64,000 bases of DNA from Candidatus Humimonas hydrogenitrophica (GTDB lineage: Bacteria; Gemmatimonadota; Gemmatimonadetes; Palauibacterales; Palauibacteraceae), in assembly GCA_947581615.1 (NCBI GenBank), contig CANPVD010000068.1, positions 2,240-66,239 of the forward strand, given 5' to 3'. Position 1 is the stretch's first letter. Each line of letters starts with the position of its first letter. The notes beneath the pieces were generated by a model. That model had not been told where the DNA came from, searched no databases, and saw nothing but the letters and a program-made list of their open reading frames with translations. Below, piece after piece: positions 8,844 through 17,947 of this stretch. The translations under genes and the position numbers were made by a program.

Positions 8844-10163
8844 ATGTCAACCACGAGATCGACCATCGCGGAGCTCTCCGGGCATGCCGGAGAGGAAGTC
8901 GAGCTCCTCGCCTGGGTGCGGAACTTCCGCTCCAGCGGGAAGATCGCCTTCCTCATCCTGCGCGACGGGACGTCGCTTCCGGACGGTACGCCCGAGGTCC
9001 AGGCCGTGGTCTCCCGGGGCGACGTCGACGAGGAGAGCTGGGAGGCCGCGAACGCGGCCCACTACGAGGCCAGCGTGCGTGTGCGTGGGCAGGTGCGCGC
9101 GGACGCCCGCGCGCCGGGAGGCTACGAGCTCTCGGTGCGGGAGCTCCGGGTGCTGGGCCCGTCGGCGGACTATCCGATCCAGCCCAAGGAGCACGGGCCG
9201 GAGTTCCTGCACGACCACCGGCACCTGTGGCTCCGCCATCCGCGCCAGGTCGCCATCCTCCGGATCCGGGACGAGGTCGAGAAGGCCATCCGGGACTTCT
9301 TCTACGATCGGCACTTCACGCTGATCGACACGCCCATCCTCACCGGCTCGATCGGGGAGGAGGCCGGCGAGCTGTTCGAGACCGAGTACTTCGACCTCGG
9401 CACCGCCTACCTGGCCCAGACCGGACAGCTGTACGTGGAGGCCGCCGCGGCCGCGCTCGGCAACGTGTACTGCTTCGGTCCCACGTTCCGGGCGGAGAAG
9501 TCCAAGACCCGGCGGCACCTGACCGAGTTCTGGATGGTCGAGCCCGAGATGGCCTGGACGGACAGCGAGGGCAACATGGCCGTCCAGGAGGCGTTCGTCG
9601 CCTTCATCGTGGGCCGGGTCCTGGAGCGCGGCCGCGCCGAGCTCGATGTCCTGGAGCGGGACGTATCGAAGCTCGAGGCCGTGACGCCGCCCTTCGACCG
9701 CATGAGCTACACGGAGACCGTCGAGTACCTGCGGGGGAAGGGAAGCGCGATCACCTGGGGCGAGGACCTGGGCGGCGAGGACCAGACCCTCCTCACCGAG
9801 GACCGGCCCAAGCCCGTGTTCGTGTACGATTTCCCCAAGGAGGCCAAGGCCTTCTACATGAAGGAGAACCCCGAGGACCCGCGCACGGTGAAGTGCGACG
9901 ACCTGTACGCTCCGGAAGGCTTCGGGGAGGTCATCGGGGGCAGCCAGCGCGAGGACGACTTCGACCGCCTCCTGGCCAGGATCCGCGAGGAGGGCCTGCC
10001 CGAGGAGGCGTACGGCTGGTACCTGGACCTCCGCCGCTACGGCACCTTCCCGCACTCGGGCTTCGGCCTGGGCCTCGAGCGCACGGTGGGCTGGATGTGC
10101 GGCGTGCCCCACATCCGCGAGGTCATCCCCTTCCCGAGGACGATCAACCGCCTGACGCCGTAG
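8844..10163 (+). CDS. asnS: Asparagine--tRNA ligase
   Basis: 439 aa class II aaRS with N-terminal OB fold. FRAEKSKTRRHLTEFWMVEPEMAW is the AsnRS-specific motif 2 region. GGSQRED motif 3. Length fits AsnRS, not AspRS. Confidence 0.85.
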   Translation: MSTTRSTIAELSGHAGEEVELLAWVRNFRSSGKIAFLILRDGTSLPDGTPEVQAVVSRGDVDEESWEAANAAHYEASVRVRGQVRADARAPGGYELSVRELRVLGPSADYPIQPKEHGPEFLHDHRHLWLRHPRQVAILRIRDEVEKAIRDFFYDRHFTLIDTPILTGSIGEEAGELFETEYFDLGTAYLAQTGQLYVEAAAAALGNVYCFGPTFRAEKSKTRRHLTEFWMVEPEMAWTDSEGNMAVQEAFVAFIVGRVLERGRAELDVLERDVSKLEAVTPPFDRMSYTETVEYLRGKGSAITWGEDLGGEDQTLLTEDRPKPVFVYDFPKEAKAFYMKENPEDPRTVKCDDLYAPEGFGEVIGGSQREDDFDRLLARIREEGLPEEAYGWYLDLRRYGTFPHSGFGLGLERTVGWMCGVPHIREVIPFPRTINRLTP

Positions 10164-10180
10164 GGCGCCATCACGAACGA

Positions 10181-10217
10181 AGGGCCGGCCGGCGGACGCT
10201 TCCCGCCGGCCGGCCCT
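10181..10217. terminator. Perfect 15-bp GC hairpin between convergent asnS and gltA (candidate bidirectional terminator)
   Basis: AGGGCCGGCCGGCGG-acgcttc-CCGCCGGCCGGCCCT. Confidence 0.5.
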
Positions 10218-10271
10218 GGCTCCTCGCTCCGGCGACGCCCGGGTGGGGTCCGCCGGACGGAGGGCGGCGCG

Positions 10272-11630
10272 CTACCGCCCGTCCATCCCCGCGCCCACGG
10301 GTGATCCCACCTGCTCGTCCGCGCCGGTTCGCTCGTCGATCGGCACGTACGGCCGCTCGTCCGCCCCGGTGTAGACCTGGCGGGGCCGGGCGATCTTCTG
10401 GTCCGGATCCTCCAGCATCTCCTGCCACTGCGCCAGCCAGCCCGAGACGCGCGGGATCGCGAACAGGACCGGGAACATGTCCACGGGGAAACCCATGGCC
10501 TGGTAAATGATTCCCGAGTAGAAGTCCACGTTCGGGTACAGCCTGCGGCTCACGAAGTACTCGTCTTCGAGGGCGACCCGCTCCAGCTCCAGGGCCAGGT
10601 CCAGCAGCGGCGAGCTGCCCGTCACCTCGAACACATCGCGCGCCATGGACTTCAGAATCCGGGCGCGGGGGTCGTAGTTCTTGTACACCCGGTGGCCGAA
10701 GCCCATGAGGCGGAAGTCGCCGGACTTGGCGCGGTCGACGAACTCCGGCACCCGGTCCTTCGTCCCGATCTCCCGCAGCATTCGGAGGACCTGCTCGTTG
10801 GCCCCCCCGTGAAGGGGTCCGTACAGCGCCGCCGCCGCCGCGGCCACCGACACGTAGGGATCCGCGTGGGACGAGCCCACCGATCGCATCGCGGTCGCGG
10901 AGCAGTTCTGCTCGTGGTCGGCATGCAGGATGAAGAGGACCTCGAGCGCCTTCTGGAGCACCGGGTTGGGCGGCTGCTTGGGCTCCCCGATGCTGAACAT
11001 CATGTTCAGGAAGTTGCCCGCGTAGCTGAGATCGTTGTCCGGGTACACGAACGGCAGCCCCTTGGAGTGCCGGTACGCGAACGCGGCCAGCGTCGGCATC
11101 TTGGCGATGAGCCGCACGATCTGGGTCCGCCGGTTTTCCGCGTCGGAGATGTCACGGGCCTCCGGGTAAAAGGTCGACAGCGCCGCCACCGTGGAGACGA
11201 GCATGCCCATCGGGTGCGCGTCGTAGTGGAAGCCCTCCGTGAACTTCTTGATGGACTCGTGCACGTACGTGTGGAAGGTGATCTCGTGGGTCCACGCCTC
11301 GAGCTCGTCGCGCGTGGGCAGGCGCCCGTGCACGACCAGGTAGGCCACCTCCAGGTAGCTGCCGTGCTCCGCCAGCTCCTCGATCGGGTAGCCCCGATAG
11401 CGGAGGATGCCCTTGTCGCCGTCGATGTGCGTGATCGAGCTGTGGCACGAAGCCGTGTTCTTGAAACCGGGGTCGTAGCCCAGCAGACCGAAGTCGTCCT
11501 CGGACGCCTTGATGTTTCGGAGGTCGGCTGTCGGAATGGAGGCTCCGTACTCCGGATACGTACCGTAGGAGATCGGGACCTCGTACTGCTTCCCGGTCCG
11601 ATTGTCCGTGATGGTCAGGGTATCTGGCAT
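10272..11630 (-). CDS. gltA: Citrate synthase (type II)
   Basis: 452 aa. HADHEQNCS, GPLHGGANE and GFGHRVYKNYDPRA signature motifs. Confidence 0.9.
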   Translation of the reverse strand: MPDTLTITDNRTGKQYEVPISYGTYPEYGASIPTADLRNIKASEDDFGLLGYDPGFKNTASCHSSITHIDGDKGILRYRGYPIEELAEHGSYLEVAYLVVHGRLPTRDELEAWTHEITFHTYVHESIKKFTEGFHYDAHPMGMLVSTVAALSTFYPEARDISDAENRRTQIVRLIAKMPTLAAFAYRHSKGLPFVYPDNDLSYAGNFLNMMFSIGEPKQPPNPVLQKALEVLFILHADHEQNCSATAMRSVGSSHADPYVSVAAAAAALYGPLHGGANEQVLRMLREIGTKDRVPEFVDRAKSGDFRLMGFGHRVYKNYDPRARILKSMARDVFEVTGSSPLLDLALELERVALEDEYFVSRRLYPNVDFYSGIIYQAMGFPVDMFPVLFAIPRVSGWLAQWQEMLEDPDQKIARPRQVYTGADERPYVPIDERTGADEQVGSPVGAGMDGR

Positions 11631-11772
11631 TGCCGTACCTCCTTCTGGATCTCGTGCCGCACCGGCTCCTCACAGCGACCGGCCGGGATCGTGTGCCCCC
11701 GCCGCTCGTCCGCGCGCTGCACCCAATAATACCGCAATCTGCGGGCCGCTCACCATGCGATCTGTAGGGAAA

Positions 11773-12672
11773 TCACGGACCGTGGCGTGGGGGAATGCTC
11801 CCCGGCAGGCGTCGGTCGCCGGGTCGGGCGTCCCCGGCCGCCTTCACCTCGTCCCACAGGGCGTCCAGGTCGGCCAGGGACGCCGATGCGGGGTCGAGCC
11901 CCCGTTCCGACGCCAGCGCGAGCAGGGCGCGGAAGCGGGCCTGGAACTTCCGGTTGGCGGCGCCGAGCGCGTTGGAGGGGTGCACGCCCGCTCGGCGGGC
12001 CAGGTTGACGGCGGCGAACAGGAGGTCTCCCAGCTCTTCCTCGAGGCGGGGATGGGCGGGACCGGGGAGGCGTCCGCCGTCCGCGCCCTCCGCCGGCCCC
12101 GCACCGGCCTCGGCCAGCTCCGCCTCGAGCTCGTCGACCTCCTCGCGCACCTTGGCGAGGGGGCCGGCCACGTCGTCCCAGTCGAAGCCGAGGGCGGCGG
12201 CCCGCTGCTGCAGCCGAAACCCACGCGCCAGCGGCTCCAGGGTCGCGGGAACGCCGGCGAAGGGGTCGGCGGCGGTCCCTTCCGACCGCTGGCGCTCGGC
12301 GGCCTTGACCGCCTCCCAGTCCGGCGGCTCCTCCTCGTCACCGTAAACGTGCGGATGGCGGCGCCGCATCTTGTCCTCGAGTCCCGCCACCACGTTCGTC
12401 GCGTCGAACGCCCCCCGCTCCTCGGCCAGGACGATCTGGAAGGCCACGTTGAGAAGGAGGTCCCCGAGCTCCTCGGCCAGGGCCGCGTCGTCCCCGGCCG
12501 CCACCGCCTCGGCCGTCTCGTGCGCCTCCTCGAGCAGGTAGGGCCGCAGGCTCTCGGGCGTCTGCCTCGCGTCCCACGGGCAGCGCTCCCGCAGGAGCCG
12601 GACGAGGGCCAGGGCCGTGCCCAGCGAGCCGTCACCCGGGAGTCCGCGGGTCGCGTGCAGGGTCTCGCTCAC
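11773..12672 (-). CDS. mazG: Nucleoside triphosphate pyrophosphohydrolase MazG
   Basis: Two tandem MazG domains (EEAHETAEAV..GDLLLNVAF and EELGDLLFAAVNLAR). The start overlaps the stop of the upstream S9 peptidase by 4 nt. Confidence 0.8.
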   Translation of the reverse strand: MSETLHATRGLPGDGSLGTALALVRLLRERCPWDARQTPESLRPYLLEEAHETAEAVAAGDDAALAEELGDLLLNVAFQIVLAEERGAFDATNVVAGLEDKMRRRHPHVYGDEEEPPDWEAVKAAERQRSEGTAADPFAGVPATLEPLARGFRLQQRAAALGFDWDDVAGPLAKVREEVDELEAELAEAGAGPAEGADGGRLPGPAHPRLEEELGDLLFAAVNLARRAGVHPSNALGAANRKFQARFRALLALASERGLDPASASLADLDALWDEVKAAGDARPGDRRLPGSIPPRHGP

Positions 12673-14936
12673 CGGGCGTCGCTCCGGCCCCGCAGCACGC
12701 GGTCGAACCAGCTCGCCGTGGCGCGGTCGGCCTCGAGCCAGCTGGCGTAGCGCAGGAAGTCGTGGATCTCGTCGGGAATCACCAGCTCCTCGAAGCGGAC
12801 GCCGCGGTCCCGGAGCCGCTGGACCAGGTCCACCGTCTGGTGGAAGTGGACGTTGCGGTCATCGTCCCCCTGGACGAGGAGCACCGGGCTCGTCCACCGG
12901 TCCATCCAGGCCACCGGCGAGGAGCGCCACGCCACGTGGAGGGCACGCTCCAGGTCGCCCTTCTCGTAGCGGAGCTCCCGGTCGGGGAGGTCGAGCCAGC
13001 TGCGGAGGGTGTACGTCCAGTCGTGCACCCCATGCATGTCGACCCCCGTCGCGAACACGTCCGAGTTGCGCGCCAGGGCGAGCGCGGTCAGGTATCCGCC
13101 GTAGGAGCCGCCCCAGATGCCGATGCGGGCCGAGTCCACGTCGGGGAGCGAGCGCAGGTAGCCGGCCCCGGCCAGCACGTCTCGGTACTCGGAGGCGCCC
13201 CGCCAGCCCGCGTCGGCCGGGTGGTGGAAGGCGCGGCCGTAGCCGATGCCGAGCCGGTAGTTCACCGAGAGGACGACGTAGCCGTGGTCGGCCAGGTACT
13301 GGTTCACCGCGTAGCTGTTCGAGTAGTACAGGAAGTAGTGCCACCCGAGCAGCATCTGCCTCGGCGGCCCCCCGTGCACGAAGATGACGGCGGGCTTGCG
13401 GCCGCCGTTCCCTCCGCGGTCGAACAGCTGCCCGTGCACCAGGACCCCGTCCTCGGCCCGGAAGGTGACGTCCTTCGGAACCGCCAGGTCGGCCGTCGGA
13501 AAGTCGGACGAGATCCGGTCCCGCCCCAGGAGCTTCGTCGGGCCTCCGGACGCGGGCACGACCGCCGCGAGCGGAGGCCGCCTGGGGCCCGCCGACACGA
13601 AGGCCACGCCGGACCCGTCGCCCGTCACGACCGGGTAGTAGGAGAGGTCCGCCCCCGAGGTGAGCGCCCGTGGCTTCCCTCCGGCGGGCGACACGCGGAA
13701 CAGGTGGCGGCGATCCACGTCGCCGGGCGTCCCCCCGGCGTCGGCGTTGTAGACCAGGAAGCGCCCGTCCGGGCTCGCCGCCACGTACTCGACCATGAAG
13801 CGGCCGGGGGTGAGTAGGGTCGGCTCGGCGCCGCCGTCCGCCGGGACCGAATACAGGTGGGGCCATCCGTCCAGGTCGGCCAGGAAGGCCAGGCGGCCTC
13901 CGGCCATCCAGTGCAGGTTGGCCTGCCCGGCGGTCCCGGGGTAGGAGCCTCGCGGAGTGCCCGGCGAGGCCCACACCTGCCGGCCCCGCCCCGTGGCGGC
14001 GTCGGCCACCCGGATGGACCACGGCGTCGGGGTCTCCTCGAGGATGGGATCCGGTGGGCCGCCGCTGCCGTGTCGGCGGACGAAGACGATCCGCGTCCCG
14101 TCGGGTGACCAGCGCGGGCTGCCGTCCAGGCCCGTGGACGGATCGAGGAAGCGGACGGAGTCGGAGCCCATCCGGTACAGGCCGATGAAGGCGTGGTCGC
14201 CCCGGCCGCTCTGGAAGGCCAGCCGGCGCCCGTCCGGGGACCAGCGGAGGTCGCGGTCGCGTCCGCGGTCGTAGAACAGGGCGGCCGGCGACGCGGAGTC
14301 CCGGAGCGCGACGGCCCACACCGCGCCATCCTTCAGGAAGGCGAGGGTGTCGGACGTGGGCGAGGGGGAGGGATCGTCGCCCTCGGCCACCTTGCGCGGC
14401 TTGCCGCCCGCGAACGGTACCGCCCAGATGGCCACCTCGGGCCGCCCGGTCGAGGCATCCGGGTTGGGCGGCACCGGTTCGGACCAGTTCCCGCCGTGGT
14501 CGCCGCCCCGCACGTACAGGATCGTGGCGCCGTCTCGGGTGAAGGTGAGACCCGTGAGCTCCCGACCGTCGTCGGCCACGTAGTCCGTGACCCGGCGGGG
14601 CGCGAAGTCTGGACCCTCGGCCACGTACACGTTGCGAACCCCGCGCTCGTACAGGATCCACGCGATGCGGCTTCCCGTGGGCGAAGAAGCGATCTCGGAG
14701 GGGAAGGGAAATCCCAGGACCTGGCGTAGCGAGAAGGTGTCGGATCGCGCCGCGCGCGGGAGGCCGGTCCGGGTGAGGCGGCGTCCCGCCGCCATCGCCG
14801 CGGCGCGGGCGGTCCCGCCGCGCGCCGCCGTGGCCCGAGCGGCCGCCGGTCGCGGCCAACCGCCGGCCGCGAGGAGCGCGAGCAGCGCCAGCCCGGCCGC
14901 GCGCGTACCCCCTCCGTGATCGACCCGACCGTGCAT
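12669..14936 (-). CDS. Secreted S9 family serine peptidase (beta-propeller + alpha/beta-hydrolase)
   Basis: ORF 12669..15194 trimmed to ATG 14936 (MHGRVDHGGG..LALLALLAAGG signal). WSPDG propeller repeats. C-terminal GIWGGSYGGY nucleophile elbow, with DDDRNV and His. Confidence 0.75.
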   Translation of the reverse strand: MHGRVDHGGGTRAAGLALLALLAAGGWPRPAAARATAARGGTARAAAMAAGRRLTRTGLPRAARSDTFSLRQVLGFPFPSEIASSPTGSRIAWILYERGVRNVYVAEGPDFAPRRVTDYVADDGRELTGLTFTRDGATILYVRGGDHGGNWSEPVPPNPDASTGRPEVAIWAVPFAGGKPRKVAEGDDPSPSPTSDTLAFLKDGAVWAVALRDSASPAALFYDRGRDRDLRWSPDGRRLAFQSGRGDHAFIGLYRMGSDSVRFLDPSTGLDGSPRWSPDGTRIVFVRRHGSGGPPDPILEETPTPWSIRVADAATGRGRQVWASPGTPRGSYPGTAGQANLHWMAGGRLAFLADLDGWPHLYSVPADGGAEPTLLTPGRFMVEYVAASPDGRFLVYNADAGGTPGDVDRRHLFRVSPAGGKPRALTSGADLSYYPVVTGDGSGVAFVSAGPRRPPLAAVVPASGGPTKLLGRDRISSDFPTADLAVPKDVTFRAEDGVLVHGQLFDRGGNGGRKPAVIFVHGGPPRQMLLGWHYFLYYSNSYAVNQYLADHGYVVLSVNYRLGIGYGRAFHHPADAGWRGASEYRDVLAGAGYLRSLPDVDSARIGIWGGSYGGYLTALALARNSDVFATGVDMHGVHDWTYTLRSWLDLPDRELRYEKGDLERALHVAWRSSPVAWMDRWTSPVLLVQGDDDRNVHFHQTVDLVQRLRDRGVRFEELVIPDEIHDFLRYASWLEADRATASWFDRVLRGRSDAR

Positions 14937-15028
14937 GGTCCTCCTCCTTTGCCCGGGAACCCGTTCCGCCTGGCGACCGCCGCGCGAAGATGGCGGGCCC
15001 CGGGGCTCGCCGACAGGGCGAACTCCGG

Positions 15029-15057
15029 TTGATTGGCCCCGAGAGGCCCGGTATGAT
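15029..15057 (+). promoter_or_regulatory. Candidate near-consensus sigma70 promoter TTGATT-N17-TATGAT immediately upstream of the likely alr start
   Basis: Read directly from the sequence in the S9-peptidase/alr divergent region. The -10 ends about 9 nt before in-frame TTG 15067. Confidence 0.35.
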
Positions 15058-15066
15058 GGGCCGACC

Positions 15067-16194
15067 TTGAACACGGCACCGGAGGACGAGACGCGGCGCG
15101 CCTGGGTCGAGGTTGACCTGGGTGCGCTCCGACGGAACTTCGCCACGCTCGCGGAGCGTGCCGGAGGCGCGTCACGGCTCGTCGTGATGCTCAAGGCGGA
15201 CGGTTACGGCCTGGGCGCCATCCCGGTGGCACGCGCGCTCGGAGACGCGCCGCCCTGGGCCTACGGGGTGGCTACCGTCGAGGAGGGAGCCGAGCTGCGC
15301 CGGGCCGGGATCAGGGGGCGCATCATCGTGTTCTCGCCGTGTCCACCCATGGACGCGGATGCGTTGGCCGCGGATTCGCTCGAGCCGGCCGTGTCCTCGC
15401 TCGACGCGCTGCGACGCTTCGGGTCCGCGGCGCGCGAGGCCGTTCCGCTTCCGGTGCACCTGGAGATCGACACGGGCATGGGCCGTCTGGGCCTGCTGGC
15501 CGAGGACGCGGACCGGTGGACCGGCGCGCTGGTGGCGGCCCTGCGGACGTACCCCCTGAGGCTGGCGAGTACCTTCACCCACTTTCATTCGGCCGACTCC
15601 GACCCGGATGCGACGCGGGAGCAGGAGCGACGCTTCCGGTCGGTGCTGGACGCCCTGCGGGCCGCGGGTGTGGACCCGGGCCTCACGCACGCGGCCAACA
15701 GCGCGGCCCTGTTCTCGGAGGGCACCTCGGACCACGATCTGACGCGCCCGGGCCTGTACCTGTACGGCGGCGGCCCGGGCGGCCCGGAGCCCGTGGCGTC
15801 GGTCCGTGCGCGGGTGCTGGACGTGCGGACGCTGCCCGCCGGCCACGCCGTGAGCTACGGCGCCACCTGGCGGACCGCGGGGTCCGCACGGCTCGCGACG
15901 CTGGGTATCGGGTACGGGGACGGGCTGCGGACCCGACTGTCCAATCGGGGGTTCGTCCTCCTGGGCGGCCGGAAGGCACCGATCCGGGGCGCCGTGTGTA
16001 TGGATGTGACCGTCGTCCAGGCCGCGCCCGATGTGTCGGTCGCGCCGGGCGACGGGGCGACGCTCCTGGGGACGGACGGAGAGGAGAGGATCACGCTGGC
16101 CGAGCTGGCAGACGCGTACGACGCGATCGAGTACGAGGTGCTCACGGGACTGGGCGGACGCCTGTCCCGGGTCTACCTGGATCGGCAGCCTTGA
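15067..16194 (+). CDS. alr: Alanine racemase
   Basis: VVMLKADGYGLG (PLP-Lys region) and alr-like C-terminal beta domain. The ORF-track ATG 14935 adds 44 low-complexity residues and shares its start codon with the divergent peptidase start. In-frame TTG at 15067 gives MNTAPEDETRRAWVEVDL, consistent with alr N-termini. Start uncertain. Confidence 0.7.
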   Translation: MNTAPEDETRRAWVEVDLGALRRNFATLAERAGGASRLVVMLKADGYGLGAIPVARALGDAPPWAYGVATVEEGAELRRAGIRGRIIVFSPCPPMDADALAADSLEPAVSSLDALRRFGSAAREAVPLPVHLEIDTGMGRLGLLAEDADRWTGALVAALRTYPLRLASTFTHFHSADSDPDATREQERRFRSVLDALRAAGVDPGLTHAANSAALFSEGTSDHDLTRPGLYLYGGGPGGPEPVASVRARVLDVRTLPAGHAVSYGATWRTAGSARLATLGIGYGDGLRTRLSNRGFVLLGGRKAPIRGAVCMDVTVVQAAPDVSVAPGDGATLLGTDGEERITLAELADAYDAIEYEVLTGLGGRLSRVYLDRQP

Positions 16195-16628
16195 GCGGGG
16201 CGGAGCGTGCCGAGCTGCTGGACCTGGCGCGGGAGGCCATGCGCTCGGCCTACGCTCCCTATTCGGGATTCCGGGTGGGGGCCGTGCTCGAGGCCGAGGA
16301 CGGACGACGCTTCTCCGGCTGCAACGTGGAGAACGCCGCGTCCTCGGTGACGGTGTGCGCGGAGAGGGTGGCGCTCGGGACGGCGGTGCGCGCCGGAGCA
16401 CGGCGCTTCCGGCGGCTGGCGCTGTGCGCCAGCGGCGCGCGCCCGGTGTCGCCCTGCGGCGTGTGCCGACAGGCTCTCTCGGAGTTCGGGGTCGAGACGC
16501 GGGTGGTGAGTGTGGCGGACGGGGGCGACGTGGCCGAGTGGACGCTGGAGGAGCTCCTGCCGGCCCGCTTCGGCGCCGGAGACCTGGGCTGGCGGTCGGT
16601 CGTCCGGGACACCGGGGAGGGGGCGTGA
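16191..16628 (+). CDS. cdd: Cytidine deaminase
   Basis: C-terminal part of ORF 15339..16628. TTG start at 16191 overlaps the alr TGA. AYAPYSGFRVGA, CAERVAL and PCGVCRQ zinc-binding motifs. About 145 aa. Confidence 0.8.
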   Translation: MSGAERAELLDLAREAMRSAYAPYSGFRVGAVLEAEDGRRFSGCNVENAASSVTVCAERVALGTAVRAGARRFRRLALCASGARPVSPCGVCRQALSEFGVETRVVSVADGGDVAEWTLEELLPARFGAGDLGWRSVVRDTGEGA

Positions 16629-17947
16629 GCCCGGCGTTCTCGCCCGGCCCGGGGGCGCGCCGCGCACGCCGCCGCCGGGTTCGCGGAGCCGCGGCCATCA
16701 CGCTCCTTGTACTGGCCGCGGCCTGCACCGAGCGCTCGATCACCTCTCCCAACGAAGGCTCGGCTCCGGGCTCCGGCGCGCCGACGGTCGAGATCACGAT
16801 CCCGGCCGATTCGATGACGGTGTGGCGGGACACGACGTACACGGGCTTCGCCACGCCGGGGAACGTCGCTTTCTGGATCGGGGCGAAGACCGACTCACTC
16901 GAATCGCGGCCCTTGCTGCGGATCGCCACCATCCCGGACACCCTCACCATCGACTCGCTGGCCTTCGTGGCCGACACCTTCCGCGACGCCCAGCTCCGAC
17001 TGACGTACGACACGACCGACATCGTCATTCCCGCGGGCGGTACGACCTTCAAGGCCTACGTCCTGAACCGGTCCTACGACGCCTCGCGGGCGACCTGGGA
17101 CCAGGCCGCGGACGGGCAGCCGTGGGACAGCGCGGGCGGCGAGCTCGGACCCCTGTTGGCCACCCTGACGCTCAAGCCGCTGGGCTCCGACTCGGTGGTC
17201 AACGACACGATCACGGGCGACAGCGAGCTCCCGCCCGACTCACTGCTCAAGGCGTGGCGAGCCTCGGGCGGCGGCCACGGGATCATCGTCGTGCCCCAGG
17301 ACGCGGGCACCCGGGTCCGGTTCATCCAGGCCGTGCTGGCCAGCAACTTCGACGCCGTGCACGGGGACTCGGTCCGGAAGCTCTACCAGTACTTCCCGGC
17401 TTCCGGGCAGACGTTCATCTACAGCCCGTCGCCTCCCGCTCCGTCCCCGTCGGAGCTCCGCGTGGGAGGCGTTCCGGCCGGCCGGGGCTACTTCGAGTTC
17501 CTGCCCCCCGACAGCATGGAGGGCTACCGGCTGCGCGGCGCGCAGATCAGCCGGGCCGAGCTCGTGTTCCAGCCCCTGGGGGCACCGGCCGCGCCCTTCC
17601 GATTGGAGCGGGCGGTCACGGCCCGGCTCACGGCGCTGGCGGCCGATTTCTTCCAGCTGGGTCCCAAGACGCCGGTGGCCGGCTGGTCGAGCGCGCCCAC
17701 CTTCAGCATGGACCCGGACTCCCTGGCGACCGGCATGCCGGTGCGACTCGACGTGACGACGCTCCTGCGGAACTGGGCCGCGACGCCTGCCGACTCCACG
17801 CCGCAGAGAATCCGGCTGGGACTCGAGCTGCTGCCCGACGGGCAGACGCTCGGATACTGGTCGTTCGGGGGCGTGAAGGCCCCCGCCGACGCCCGGCCGC
17901 GACTCCGCCTTCTCGTCACGCCACCCGTACCTTTCACCGTGCCATGA
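16625..17947 (+). CDS. Hypothetical lipoprotein
   Basis: In the frame of ORF 16031..17947. GTG at 16625 overlaps the cdd TGA. Signal and lipobox LVLAAACTE. No recognisable domain. Confidence 0.5.
   Translation: MSPAFSPGPGARRARRRRVRGAAAITLLVLAAACTERSITSPNEGSAPGSGAPTVEITIPADSMTVWRDTTYTGFATPGNVAFWIGAKTDSLESRPLLRIATIPDTLTIDSLAFVADTFRDAQLRLTYDTTDIVIPAGGTTFKAYVLNRSYDASRATWDQAADGQPWDSAGGELGPLLATLTLKPLGSDSVVNDTITGDSELPPDSLLKAWRASGGGHGIIVVPQDAGTRVRFIQAVLASNFDAVHGDSVRKLYQYFPASGQTFIYSPSPPAPSPSELRVGGVPAGRGYFEFLPPDSMEGYRLRGAQISRAELVFQPLGAPAAPFRLERAVTARLTALAADFFQLGPKTPVAGWSSAPTFSMDPDSLATGMPVRLDVTTLLRNWAATPADSTPQRIRLGLELLPDGQTLGYWSFGGVKAPADARPRLRLLVTPPVPFTVP

Noticed and set aside
11631-11772. AT-rich CCAATAATACCGCAATCTG patch upstream of gltA as a promoter
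   Set aside because: TATTAT is present (minus-strand reading) but no convincingly spaced -35. Left uncalled.
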